Shown: in pieces, positions 7,459-14,552 of the stretch | Position numbering within the stretch: position 1 is the stretch's first letter | How the letters are laid out: each line of letters begins with the position of its first letter | DNA from: Ignicoccus hospitalis KIN4/I | Lineage (GTDB): Archaea; Thermoproteota; Thermoprotei_A; Sulfolobales; Ignicoccaceae | Length of the DNA: 32,000 nt | Direction: 5' to 3' | NCBI RefSeq assembly: GCF_000017945.1 | Contig: NC_009776.1 | Location: forward strand, 1,050,001-1,082,000 | The notes under the pieces: model-generated | The model's input: only the letters and a program-made list of their open reading frames with translations | The model's database searches: none | Told to the model about the DNA's origin: nothing | Translations under genes and position numbers: made by a program

Positions 7459-7843
7459 CGAGCCCTTCCATATAAAGCTCCAAGGTCTTTCCCTTAAAAG
7501 AATTGCGTTCTACCCCAAACTTACAATTCCCCAAGCTTTTCCCTTTATTCAAGAAAAATTTCCTCTGCCCTTCCCTCCATGATCTTCAGCGTTCCCATGA
7601 AAAGATATAAGGGGGTTTGAGAGAGTGAATAGTAATGGTGCGCTTTCGAACATAGAATGTTCCCATATGGGTGAAGGTTGAAAAGGAAATGAGTAAGTGG
7701 AAAAGTTTGGTGATGAGTTACACACTAATTTGAATTAGGAGTTGTCTTACAACTAAACGCGGAGAAGTACGCTTTCTCCGAACCCCGCGAAGGGCTCGGG
7801 TCGAGGGGTCGTTACATGAAAACAAATTTCTCGCGGGAGGCCG
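7459..7843 (-). promoter_or_regulatory. putative CRISPR leader / AT-rich non-coding region
   Basis: 385 nt contain no ORF longer than about 15 codons on the plus strand and are markedly more AT-rich than the flanks. The region abuts the best-conserved repeat. TATA-like elements are present at 7471-7477 and about 7545-7556. Confidence 0.35.
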
Positions 7844-7870
7844 TTGTCTAGGAGGAGAGACGAGTTGGTA

Positions 7871-9082
7871 ATGTACCACGTGGCCAAAGTCACTGAAGAC
7901 TTGTACGTCCTCAGGGTGGACGACCGCTACACCAAGTACTTCGAAGCCTTGTGGGAGATACCCGAAGGCATAACGTACAACGCCTACCTACTCAAAACTG
8001 ACGAAGGCGACGTGCTCTTCGACGCGTGGAAGAGGCAGTTCTCCAGCCACTTGATGGAGGCCTTGGAGAGGGTTACCTCGCCAGACCGGCTGAAGTACGT
8101 GGTCGTCCACCACATGGAGCCGGACCACACGGGAAGCTTGGAGGACGTCCTTCGCTGGGCCCCCAACGCGAAGGTCTTGGGCCACCCACTGGCCGGGAGG
8201 ATGATGAACGCCTACCCCAAGGCCAAGGAGAGGTTCAAGCCGGTCAAGGACGGGGAAGTGCTGGAGGTAGGCGGCAAGAAGTTGAGGTTCGTCCACACCC
8301 CGTGGCTGCACTGGCCGGAGACCATGATGACGTGGCTTGAGGAGGAAGGGGTGCTGCTAACTTGCGACGCCTTCGGGGGCTACGGGATCCCGCTCTCCCT
8401 CTTCGACGACCAGTGCGTAAAGCTGGAAGAGATGATAAGAGAAATGAGGAAGTACGTAGTTACGGTAATAGGACATTATAGAGAGTGGATAGATAGGAAC
8501 ATAGCCAAGCTCGAGAAGCTCGGAATAAAGCCAAACGTGGTGGCCCCGGCCCACGGACTCATATGGAGGAAGAACGTCGACAGAGTATTCCAAGTATACA
8601 AGGACGTGGGCAAGTCCAAGCCTAAGGAGAACAAGGTGCTTCTGGTGTACGCCTCCATGTACGGCACCGTGGAGAAGGTCGCGAGGGGGGTGGAGTGCGA
8701 GCTCGTTAGGGAAGGGATGGAGGTAGCGGTTTACGGCTTCAACGACACCTCCAGGCCGTACATCTCTGAAATACTCACGGACGCTTCCGACGCGGAGGTC
8801 GTGGTGTTCGCCACCCCGACGTACGAGGTGGAGGCCTTCCCCTTCTTGAAGTTCGTAGCCCAAGAGCTGTGCTGGAAGGTCGGCAACGGCAAGAAGGCCG
8901 TCTTGATCTCCAGCTACGGCTGGTCCAGCGCCGCGATAGAGGACCTAAAGAAGACCCTAGAGAACTGCGGCTACAAGTCAGTGGCCGAGGTGAAGTATAA
9001 CGCCATAGGCCCCACTGCCATAACGGACGAGGCCGTAGCGGAGATAGCCAAGAAGGTGGTAGACGCCATCAAGAGCAGCTAG
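7871..9082 (+). CDS. fprA: flavodiiron protein (A-type flavoprotein, O2/NO reductase family)
   Basis: The N-terminal metallo-beta-lactamase-like domain carries the diiron motif HHMEPDH. The C-terminal domain is flavodoxin-like (VLLVYASMYGTVEKVA). ATG at 7871 is preferred over TTG at 7844. Confidence 0.9.
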   Translation: MYHVAKVTEDLYVLRVDDRYTKYFEALWEIPEGITYNAYLLKTDEGDVLFDAWKRQFSSHLMEALERVTSPDRLKYVVVHHMEPDHTGSLEDVLRWAPNAKVLGHPLAGRMMNAYPKAKERFKPVKDGEVLEVGGKKLRFVHTPWLHWPETMMTWLEEEGVLLTCDAFGGYGIPLSLFDDQCVKLEEMIREMRKYVVTVIGHYREWIDRNIAKLEKLGIKPNVVAPAHGLIWRKNVDRVFQVYKDVGKSKPKENKVLLVYASMYGTVEKVARGVECELVREGMEVAVYGFNDTSRPYISEILTDASDAEVVVFATPTYEVEAFPFLKFVAQELCWKVGNGKKAVLISSYGWSSAAIEDLKKTLENCGYKSVAEVKYNAIGPTAITDEAVAEIAKKVVDAIKSS

Positions 9083-9867
9083 CACTTGAGCCTCCTGCTC
9101 TCGTACCGGTACCTCATGACCACCAAGGCGTGCGCGACGGGCCTCAAGGCTTTTATTACTGCCTTAGGGGGCTTGAGGTCGTAGGCCCTAAAGCCCAAGT
9201 CCCTCAAAGTGCCGTCCACCGCCAAGTACCACCCGGGCTCCGAGGCCGCTCTTTCTATTGCCTTTGCCACACACTCGGCGCTGCTTACGTTCATGTTGGG
9301 GACCGGTAGGGACCTCTCCCTCGCGAAGTTCAAGAGCTTCCACTCCGGCCGGTAGGCCCACTTGCCCACTATTAGGGCGGGCCTCACTATGGAGCCCCCC
9401 TCCCTCCAGACCGCTCTCTCGCCCTCAGCCTTGGTTTCGGAGTACTTCCCCAAGGGAACGCAGCCCTTCAAGAGTTCCCCTTCCTCCCTTACCTTGCCCC
9501 CCTCCTCACAAGCGTCCGCGAGCCCCATCGCCGCCACGGAGCTCACGTAAACGTACTTGAGCCCGAGCTCCTTCGCTACCCTCAACGAAATTAATGCCTT
9601 GGTCACGTGAGAATCGTACATCTCCTCTCTCTTGCCGAAGAGCTTGCCGGCAGCATAAACTACAGCGTCCGCGCCACACCTCTCCAAGACTTCCCTCAGC
9701 TCCTCTTCACTTATTTCGTCAATTAAATACATCTCCTTATCCTTGAAAGCTTCATTCAAGAACGGCCTCTTCTCCGCGCTGGACCTCCGGGCCACCCCGC
9801 AAGAGTCCGTTAGCTCCAACAAGTTGGCCCCCAGGTAGCCCCAAGCCCCGACGACGGCGAGCTTCAA
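9079..9867 (-). CDS. NAD(P)-dependent epimerase/dehydratase-like SDR
   Basis: The N-terminal Rossmann motif is VVGAWGYLG, and the catalytic YxxxK is YSETK. TTG start. There is a 4-nt convergent overlap with fprA. Confidence 0.7.
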   Translation of the reverse strand: MKLAVVGAWGYLGANLLELTDSCGVARRSSAEKRPFLNEAFKDKEMYLIDEISEEELREVLERCGADAVVYAAGKLFGKREEMYDSHVTKALISLRVAKELGLKYVYVSSVAAMGLADACEEGGKVREEGELLKGCVPLGKYSETKAEGERAVWREGGSIVRPALIVGKWAYRPEWKLLNFARERSLPVPNMNVSSAECVAKAIERAASEPGWYLAVDGTLRDLGFRAYDLKPPKAVIKALRPVAHALVVMRYRYESRRLKC

Positions 9868-10000
9868 GGGACCACCTCCCTTTCCTACCCGGAGCTCTCC
9901 CTTACCGGGACTCCCCTAATTTTCTATCGCAGAGATAGTTCTTTTCTCAAAAATAAGAGAAATTAGTTCTCCTTTTGTAGAAGCCCTCGAGGGATGGCGC

Positions 10001-10189
10001 GTGGCTAAGATGAACGCCCACATGGAGGCGGAAATAGACGACCAAGTTTTGGAGAAGATATTCGGCGCCCTGAGCGCCAAAGGGGTAAGCAAGGTAGTGA
10101 TGGAAATAAAGGACGTCCAAGGGAAGCTAATAATTACCGCCGAGCCCACCGAGGAGAGCGTAGTAGAGGCGAAGAAGGGAGGGGAGTAA
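10001..10189 (+). CDS. small hypothetical protein (62 aa)
   Basis: The frame has the E/K/V-rich composition typical of real coding in this window. The antisense ORF (9916-10332) is Ser/Thr-rich shadow sequence. A TATA-like AAAAATAAG lies upstream. No family was recognised. Confidence 0.4.
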   Translation: MAKMNAHMEAEIDDQVLEKIFGALSAKGVSKVVMEIKDVQGKLIITAEPTEESVVEAKKGGE

Positions 10190-10357
10190 TTGAAGTTAGT
10201 GCTAGTGGTCGAAGTGGACGAAAAGGCCACGAGTTTTTTGGAACGCACCCTTGGAAACGCGAAAGTAAAGTTCGTGCTCGAGAAGCTCGAGGTAGAGGTC
10301 AACGCCGGGGGAGAGGAAGTTAAGGTGCTCAAAGTGGGGCCCGAGTGCCTTCAGTAG
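10190..10357 (+). CDS. small hypothetical protein (55 aa), in frame with the preceding ORF
   Basis: A TTG at 10190 directly follows the TAA at 10187-10189 in the same frame. The sequence is LKLVLVVEVDEKATSFLERTLGNAKVKFVLEKLEVEVNAGGEEVKVLKVGPECLQ. It falls below the ORF-track length cut-off. Confidence 0.3.
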   Translation: MKLVLVVEVDEKATSFLERTLGNAKVKFVLEKLEVEVNAGGEEVKVLKVGPECLQ

Positions 10358-10358
10358 C

Positions 10359-10363
10359 TTTTT
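10359..10363 (+). terminator. T5 tract after the small ORF pair
   Basis: GCTTTTTC begins one nt after the TAG at 10355-10357. Oligo-T tracts are archaeal termination signals. Confidence 0.3.
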
Positions 10364-10514
10364 CAACAACTGCCGAACAGAGCGTTAGACACCGACCTTT
10401 AAGGGACGGCTCGAACTAACGCTTGGGGTCTAACGTGCAGACCGCAGTTCAACTCCCCAAGCCCAAGCCCTCCGAGGAGGAGCTCGAGCTCTACCTCGCA
10501 GAGGCAGCCTTGAG

Positions 10515-10961
10515 CTATAGGTGACAGCCCTTCTTCAGCCCCAACTCTTTTAATTTCTTCATAACCTCGTCCACCAAACTCAACACCCGCTCGCGGCTCA
10601 CCCCTTTCTTCTCCGCCTCTTCCAACACCACCTCCATCACTTTCGAGTACTTCTTGTACTTCTCGTTCAGCTTCCTCCAAGGCACGCCCCTCAGAGCCTC
10701 CGCCACCTCACGGTCGAACGGGAGAGCGCCCAAGGCCATTAGGACAGCTATTATTGGGTAGCCCACGTAACCCCTAAACTTGGTGCCGTTGTCCGTGCTG
10801 TCGGCCAAGCCCCTCTCTAAGTCTACGCAGACCTCGTAAACCCGGTCGCCCTCGCTCGAGACAACCTCCGCCCTCCCGTCCCCCAGCCTCACCCTCCCGT
10901 CGGCCAGCGCGCCCAAGGCTTCCAACACCTTTATCTTGGGCGGGAGCCTCAAGGGCTTCAA
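10515..10961 (-). CDS. hypothetical protein (148 aa), last gene of the FkbM/enolase operon
   Basis: Clean coding composition. The start overlaps the upstream enolase-family stop by 4 nt. No family was recognised with confidence. Confidence 0.6.
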   Translation of the reverse strand: MKPLRLPPKIKVLEALGALADGRVRLGDGRAEVVSSEGDRVYEVCVDLERGLADSTDNGTKFRGYVGYPIIAVLMALGALPFDREVAEALRGVPWRKLNEKYKKYSKVMEVVLEEAEKKGVSRERVLSLVDEVMKKLKELGLKKGCHL

Positions 10962-12091
10962 AGTACCACCTCAGAAACGGTTACGGAGTCCAAGTAGTCC
11001 TCGTCAATTTCGAACAACAGGCCCGGGGAGTCCCTCACCTCCACGAACCCACACTTGACTTCGAACGGGTCCTTCGCCAGCCCCCTCTCGAACAAGTGGT
11101 CCTCCGGGCTGAAGTCGGAGGGCTCCAAGTTCCCCCTGGCCAGCGACGCCACGGTCATGTTCAAGCTCCTCCCGACGGCCGTTTCCAGCATACCGCCTAT
11201 GAAGAAGGGCAACTCGTTTTCGATTATGAGCTCCACGGTTTCCACGCTCTTAACCAAGCCCCCGAACCGAGGGGGCTTGAGGTTGACCCCTAAGGGGGCG
11301 CCCACGCCCTCGCTCAAGTAAGCCAGCTCCGCCACCCTCTCCGGCTCCTCCAAGCTCTCGTCCAGAATGACCTCTATTCCCTCGGAGGAGGCCAACTTCG
11401 CCGAGAAGGCGACCTCGTGAGGGGGGAAGGGCTGCTCCAACGCGTCCGCGTAAGAGGCGACCTTGCTCAAGTACTCCCAGTGCACGTCCTTCAAGGGGTC
11501 GTAAGCGCCGTTGGCGTCGGCCAAGACAGGGACTCCGGGGAACTCCCTCTTAAGGGCCCTTACGGGCTCCACGTCCCAGCCCGGCTTTATCTTCACCTTC
11601 AGCCTCCTAGCGCCCCACTCCAGCGCCCTCTCCGCCCAAGCGACGAGCTCGTCCTCGTCCTTAACTATGCCTATGCTCTCTTGGACGGGTATCTTTATCT
11701 TCCTCCCGCCCACGGCCTTGACCAAGCTCTCCTTCCTTAAGCACGAGAGTAAAGTGAGGACCGAGTACTCTATCATCGACTTGGCGAAGTTGTTGCCTCT
11801 ATAGCTGTTGAGCACCTTCAGGAGGCCGTTCACGTCCTCAACCATTTTGATTTTCGGTATAACCAACTTAGCGAATGCGACCACGGAGTCCACGAACTCC
11901 CCGCTGTAGAGCGGCTCCGCCTCCGCCGGGGCCTCGCCGAAGCCCTTGCACCCCCCGGCCTCGGCCACAGTTATTACCCTCGTCCCCTCCGCCTTTCCAA
12001 AGCTCGTCTCGAAATCTATTTTCATCTTCATTTTTATTACCTTCACTCTGAACGTAATCCCTTCCGGCACGGGCCACGAGAGCAAGTCCAC
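10958..12091 (-). CDS. enolase-superfamily enzyme, o-succinylbenzoate synthase / N-acylamino-acid racemase (MR/MLE) subgroup
   Basis: The ordered catalytic pattern is present: KVKIKPG (KxK), LADANGAY (Asp), LEQP (Glu), LDES (Asp) and VNLKPPRFGG (second Lys). GTG start lies 6 nt after the FkbM-like stop. Confidence 0.85.
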   Translation of the reverse strand: MDLLSWPVPEGITFRVKVIKMKMKIDFETSFGKAEGTRVITVAEAGGCKGFGEAPAEAEPLYSGEFVDSVVAFAKLVIPKIKMVEDVNGLLKVLNSYRGNNFAKSMIEYSVLTLLSCLRKESLVKAVGGRKIKIPVQESIGIVKDEDELVAWAERALEWGARRLKVKIKPGWDVEPVRALKREFPGVPVLADANGAYDPLKDVHWEYLSKVASYADALEQPFPPHEVAFSAKLASSEGIEVILDESLEEPERVAELAYLSEGVGAPLGVNLKPPRFGGLVKSVETVELIIENELPFFIGGMLETAVGRSLNMTVASLARGNLEPSDFSPEDHLFERGLAKDPFEVKCGFVEVRDSPGLLFEIDEDYLDSVTVSEVVL

Positions 12092-12097
12092 CTCGGC

Positions 12098-13201
12098 TCA
12101 CCTCGCGAACAACACGTAAGAGTGGCCGTAGGGGACCTTGTAGAAGGTTATGTGCGGCCTTAAGTAGAGCTTGTAGTCCGGGTTGGCCTCCTTGACCTTC
12201 TTCGGGAGGACTATCAAGTCGTCCCACTTGTGGTACGCGGCCAGCGCCAAGTAGGGCTTATACTCCTTCAAGACGTCCTTGAAGGCCTCTAAGGCCTCCC
12301 TTTCATAGCCTTCTATGTCGCTCTTGATGAAGTAGGCGTTCTTATCCTTCCCCAAGTTGATTAACTCGCGCGCGTCTGTATCCTTCTTAATCAGTTTATT
12401 TATTATAATCATCTCGTTGTTTTTCGACCTCAAGAATTCGCGCGCGAGCTCCTCGTTCCTTCGGGCGACCGCAAGCGCCTCTTGAGAGGCGTCCACCGCG
12501 AGGAGCTTGGAGTTGGAGGAGTAGAGCGCGTACCAGAGGGCCGTCTCCCCGTAGGCCGCCCCCAAGTCGACGAACGCCGAGTCGTCGAGCGGCGTCACCC
12601 CGCACTCCTCGCACTTGTAGCTCTCGCACGCGAATATCTCTTTTAAGAGACTATCGGAGTTCTCGATCTTGAACAAGCCCCTTATGTCGTACAAGGGTAA
12701 ATACTTGCCCAAGCCGACTTGCCTTATCCCCCTCTTTTCCAAGTCCACCTTAGGTATGTAACAGAAGGTGAAGGCTTTCGAAACGACCGACGGAGCCATG
12801 AACTTCAACAAGTCGGCCAAGGCCAGGTAGTTGAGGAGGTTGACGTAGGTCTCCTTGCTCTCGGCCTCGAACAGCTCGCACGCCTCCACGAACTCCCGCG
12901 GCGCCTTTATCAGAGCGTAAAGGACGCCGTGGAAGACCGCAGAGTACATGAAGTAGGAGAAGGTCCAAGGGGGGAAGTGGTGCCATTCTAACGTCCTCAA
13001 GTACCTATTGAACATCGTCTCTGTTAATGTCCTCCCCCCGAAGAGGGGGCTCAACTTCCTCAACACCTTCAGCGGGAAGCTTATCGATTCACCCCTGATG
13101 AAGAACTTTGTAGTCGCCATCCTTAATGCGAAGTCCTCCACCTTTTCCAAGTATTGAATAAACGTGTCCTCGAAGTTTTCGAGCCGATCGCACGCCCCCA
13201 T
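12098..13201 (-). CDS. FkbM-family SAM-dependent methyltransferase with an uncharacterised N-terminal domain of about 190 aa
   Basis: The C-terminal half carries VDLGAAYGETALWYA (SAM motif I), LLAVDAS and IKSDIEGYEREAL, typical of FkbM methyltransferases. The N-terminal half has no family I recognise. Confidence 0.7.
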   Translation of the reverse strand: MGACDRLENFEDTFIQYLEKVEDFALRMATTKFFIRGESISFPLKVLRKLSPLFGGRTLTETMFNRYLRTLEWHHFPPWTFSYFMYSAVFHGVLYALIKAPREFVEACELFEAESKETYVNLLNYLALADLLKFMAPSVVSKAFTFCYIPKVDLEKRGIRQVGLGKYLPLYDIRGLFKIENSDSLLKEIFACESYKCEECGVTPLDDSAFVDLGAAYGETALWYALYSSNSKLLAVDASQEALAVARRNEELAREFLRSKNNEMIIINKLIKKDTDARELINLGKDKNAYFIKSDIEGYEREALEAFKDVLKEYKPYLALAAYHKWDDLIVLPKKVKEANPDYKLYLRPHITFYKVPYGHSYVLFAR

Positions 13202-13259
13202 GATCCTTCACTTTTGCGCCCTCCCGGCCGCTAAAAATGCGGTAAGGACGTTGAGGCCC

Positions 13260-13931
13260 ATGATAGTGGGTCACCAAGGGGCTAGGTTCGTGGTGAGGGG
13301 CAACACCCTCCAAGCCTTCCGGTACGCCTTGGAAAACGGAGCTGACGCAGTGGAGTGCGACGTGTGGCGCTTGAGGGACGGCAGCTTGGCAGTGCACCAC
13401 GATAGGGAAGTACAAATAGGTAACAAGAAGTACGACATAAAGTCGTTCACCCTCGGCCAGTTGAAGAGGTACTTGCCTTACGTCCCCTCCCTCAAAGAGG
13501 TGTTGTCCCTAGTGGTTGAAGGTTACAAGAAGAGGCTCTTCGTGGAGCTGAAGGACCCCAGCCCCCTGGCCGCGGAGGCCTTGGACAAGGCGCTCGAGGG
13601 CTGGGAGATGGTGACCGTGATCTCGTTCTACGCCCCGCAGCTCAAGAGGCTCAAGTACCCCAGCAAGGGACTCCTCTTCACCGTCAGGCCGCTCACCTTG
13701 AGGGGGCTCGTGGAGGGCCTCGAGCTGGAGTGGGTGGCCCCTAGGAGGGACATGGCCGACCGGGAGCTGGTGGGGGAGGCTAAGGAGTTGGGGTTAAAGG
13801 TCCTAACTTGGCTGCACAACAGGCCGAAGGAGGTTAGGGAGGCCCTCGAGCTGGGGGTGGAGGCCTTCGCCACCGACAGGCCGGACTTGGCGAGGGCTTG
13901 GCTGGAGAAGGCCCTAAGGGAGGGAGGATGA
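13260..13931 (+). CDS. glycerophosphodiester phosphodiesterase (GDPD) family protein, divergent active site
   Basis: VGHQGA...GNTLQAF..ALENGADAVECDVWRLRDGSLAVHHD follows the GDPD N-terminal pattern HRG...ENT...E.D...HD. ATG at 13260 has a TATA-like CTAAAAATG about 25 nt upstream. Confidence 0.75.
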   Translation: MIVGHQGARFVVRGNTLQAFRYALENGADAVECDVWRLRDGSLAVHHDREVQIGNKKYDIKSFTLGQLKRYLPYVPSLKEVLSLVVEGYKKRLFVELKDPSPLAAEALDKALEGWEMVTVISFYAPQLKRLKYPSKGLLFTVRPLTLRGLVEGLELEWVAPRRDMADRELVGEAKELGLKVLTWLHNRPKEVREALELGVEAFATDRPDLARAWLEKALREGG

Positions 13932-14482
13932 AGAAGCGGGAGCTTTTGAAGGACTTGGCGAAGCAGAGGTTTTACGCCCTCGTAGACTTGGCGTTCGAGG
14001 AGGCCAGGAAGGGGAGGTTAGAAATAGCTTCTTCCTTGGGGAGGCAAGCCTTCGCGGTGGCCAAGAAAGGGGGTTACAAGGTCCCCCGGAAGGTCAAGAG
14101 GAGGTTCTGTAGGAGGTGCTTCGCGCCCCTCGTCCCGGGCGTTACGGCGAGCGTTAGGGTGAGGAACAAGGGCAAGCCCACGGTGGTGGTTAGGTGCTTA
14201 AATTGCGGCTACGTTAGGAGGTACCCGGGAGAGCTTGAAGGGGCTGAGGGGGGAGCTGAGCCAGACGAGGGAGACCGTCCACATAGGGAAGAAGGGCGTG
14301 ACGGAGGAGGTGTTAAAGGAGATAAGGAGGCAGTTGAAGGAGAGGGGGTTCGTCAAGGTGAAGATAGAGAAGAGCGTGATCAGGGTGTTGGAGAGGGACA
14401 GGAGGGAGGTGGCCAAAGAGGTCGCCGAGAGGCTGGGGGCGGAGCTGTTGGAGGTGAGGGGGAGGACCTTCATATTGATTGA
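13928..14482 (+). CDS. rnp4: RNase P protein component 4 (Rpp21/Rpr2)
   Basis: The N-terminal helical region is followed by the zinc ribbon CRRC...(x27)...CLNCG. The ATG overlaps the GDPD stop (ATGA). The recognisable domain ends near 14240. The frame then stays open through low-complexity G/E/R sequence to 14482. Confidence 0.75.
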   Translation: MKKRELLKDLAKQRFYALVDLAFEEARKGRLEIASSLGRQAFAVAKKGGYKVPRKVKRRFCRRCFAPLVPGVTASVRVRNKGKPTVVVRCLNCGYVRRYPGELEGAEGGAEPDEGDRPHREEGRDGGGVKGDKEAVEGEGVRQGEDREERDQGVGEGQEGGGQRGRREAGGGAVGGEGEDLHID

Positions 14483-14552
14483 TAAGAACGGAATAAGGTT
14501 CTCTGAAATAGACAGGTTCAAGAAGAACAGGAGGAAGGGGAAGAGAGGGTGA
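14235..14552 (+). CDS. yhbY: CRS1/YhbY (CRM) domain RNA-binding protein
   Basis: LKGLRGEL....VHIGKKGVTEEVLKEIRRQLKERGFVKVKI matches the YhbY signature L+.LA..L.P.V.IGK.GLTE.V..EI...L....LIKVKI. TTG start lies in the +1 frame relative to rpp21. Confidence 0.8.
   Translation: MKGLRGELSQTRETVHIGKKGVTEEVLKEIRRQLKERGFVKVKIEKSVIRVLERDRREVAKEVAERLGAELLEVRGRTFILIDKNGIRFSEIDRFKKNRRKGKRG

Noticed and set aside
7487-7513. A possible fifth CRISPR repeat, CTTTCCCTTAAAAGAATTGCGTTCTAC, to the right of the array.
   Set aside because: It is out of phase, 54 nt from the previous repeat rather than 67. It shares only the first 5-6 and last 3-4 nt with the consensus, so I treat it as leader sequence.
7198-7552. 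Two ORF-track entries (7198-7383 plus strand, 7370-7552 minus strand) lie in the AT-rich island.
   Set aside because: Both run straight through the CRISPR repeats and spacers. Their periodic LETP/SLET peptides are simply translated repeats, not genes.
7710-7760. A possible C/D-box sRNA: a perfect C box GUGAUGA at 7710-7716, UUGA about 13 nt later, then AUUAGGA, 12 nt, and CUAA.
   Set aside because: The D box would be CUAA rather than CUGA, which loses the sheared G.A pair. The C' box is poor, there is no terminal stem, and there is no D'-C' spacer. In AT-rich sequence this is likely chance.
6928-7843. An integrated mobile element using tRNA-Lys as its attachment site, suggested by an AT-rich island next to a tRNA.
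   Set aside because: No integrase-like ORF is present. No second copy of any tRNA-Lys segment was seen elsewhere in the window, for example CCGGGATTTGAACCC. The CRISPR array and its leader account for the AT-rich DNA.
9916-10332. A 138-aa minus-strand ORF lies opposite the small-ORF pair.
   Set aside because: It is extremely Ser/Thr/Phe-rich and low in complexity. That is the usual antisense shadow of purine-rich E/K/V coding sequence in this genome.
10399-10680. A 93-aa minus-strand ORF and a 29-codon plus-strand ORF (10435-10523) lie in or near the convergent spacer.
   Set aside because: The 93-aa ORF is out of frame over the 3' end of the 148-aa gene and is G/E/R-rich. The 29-codon ORF has no start context and no conservation evidence I can assess.
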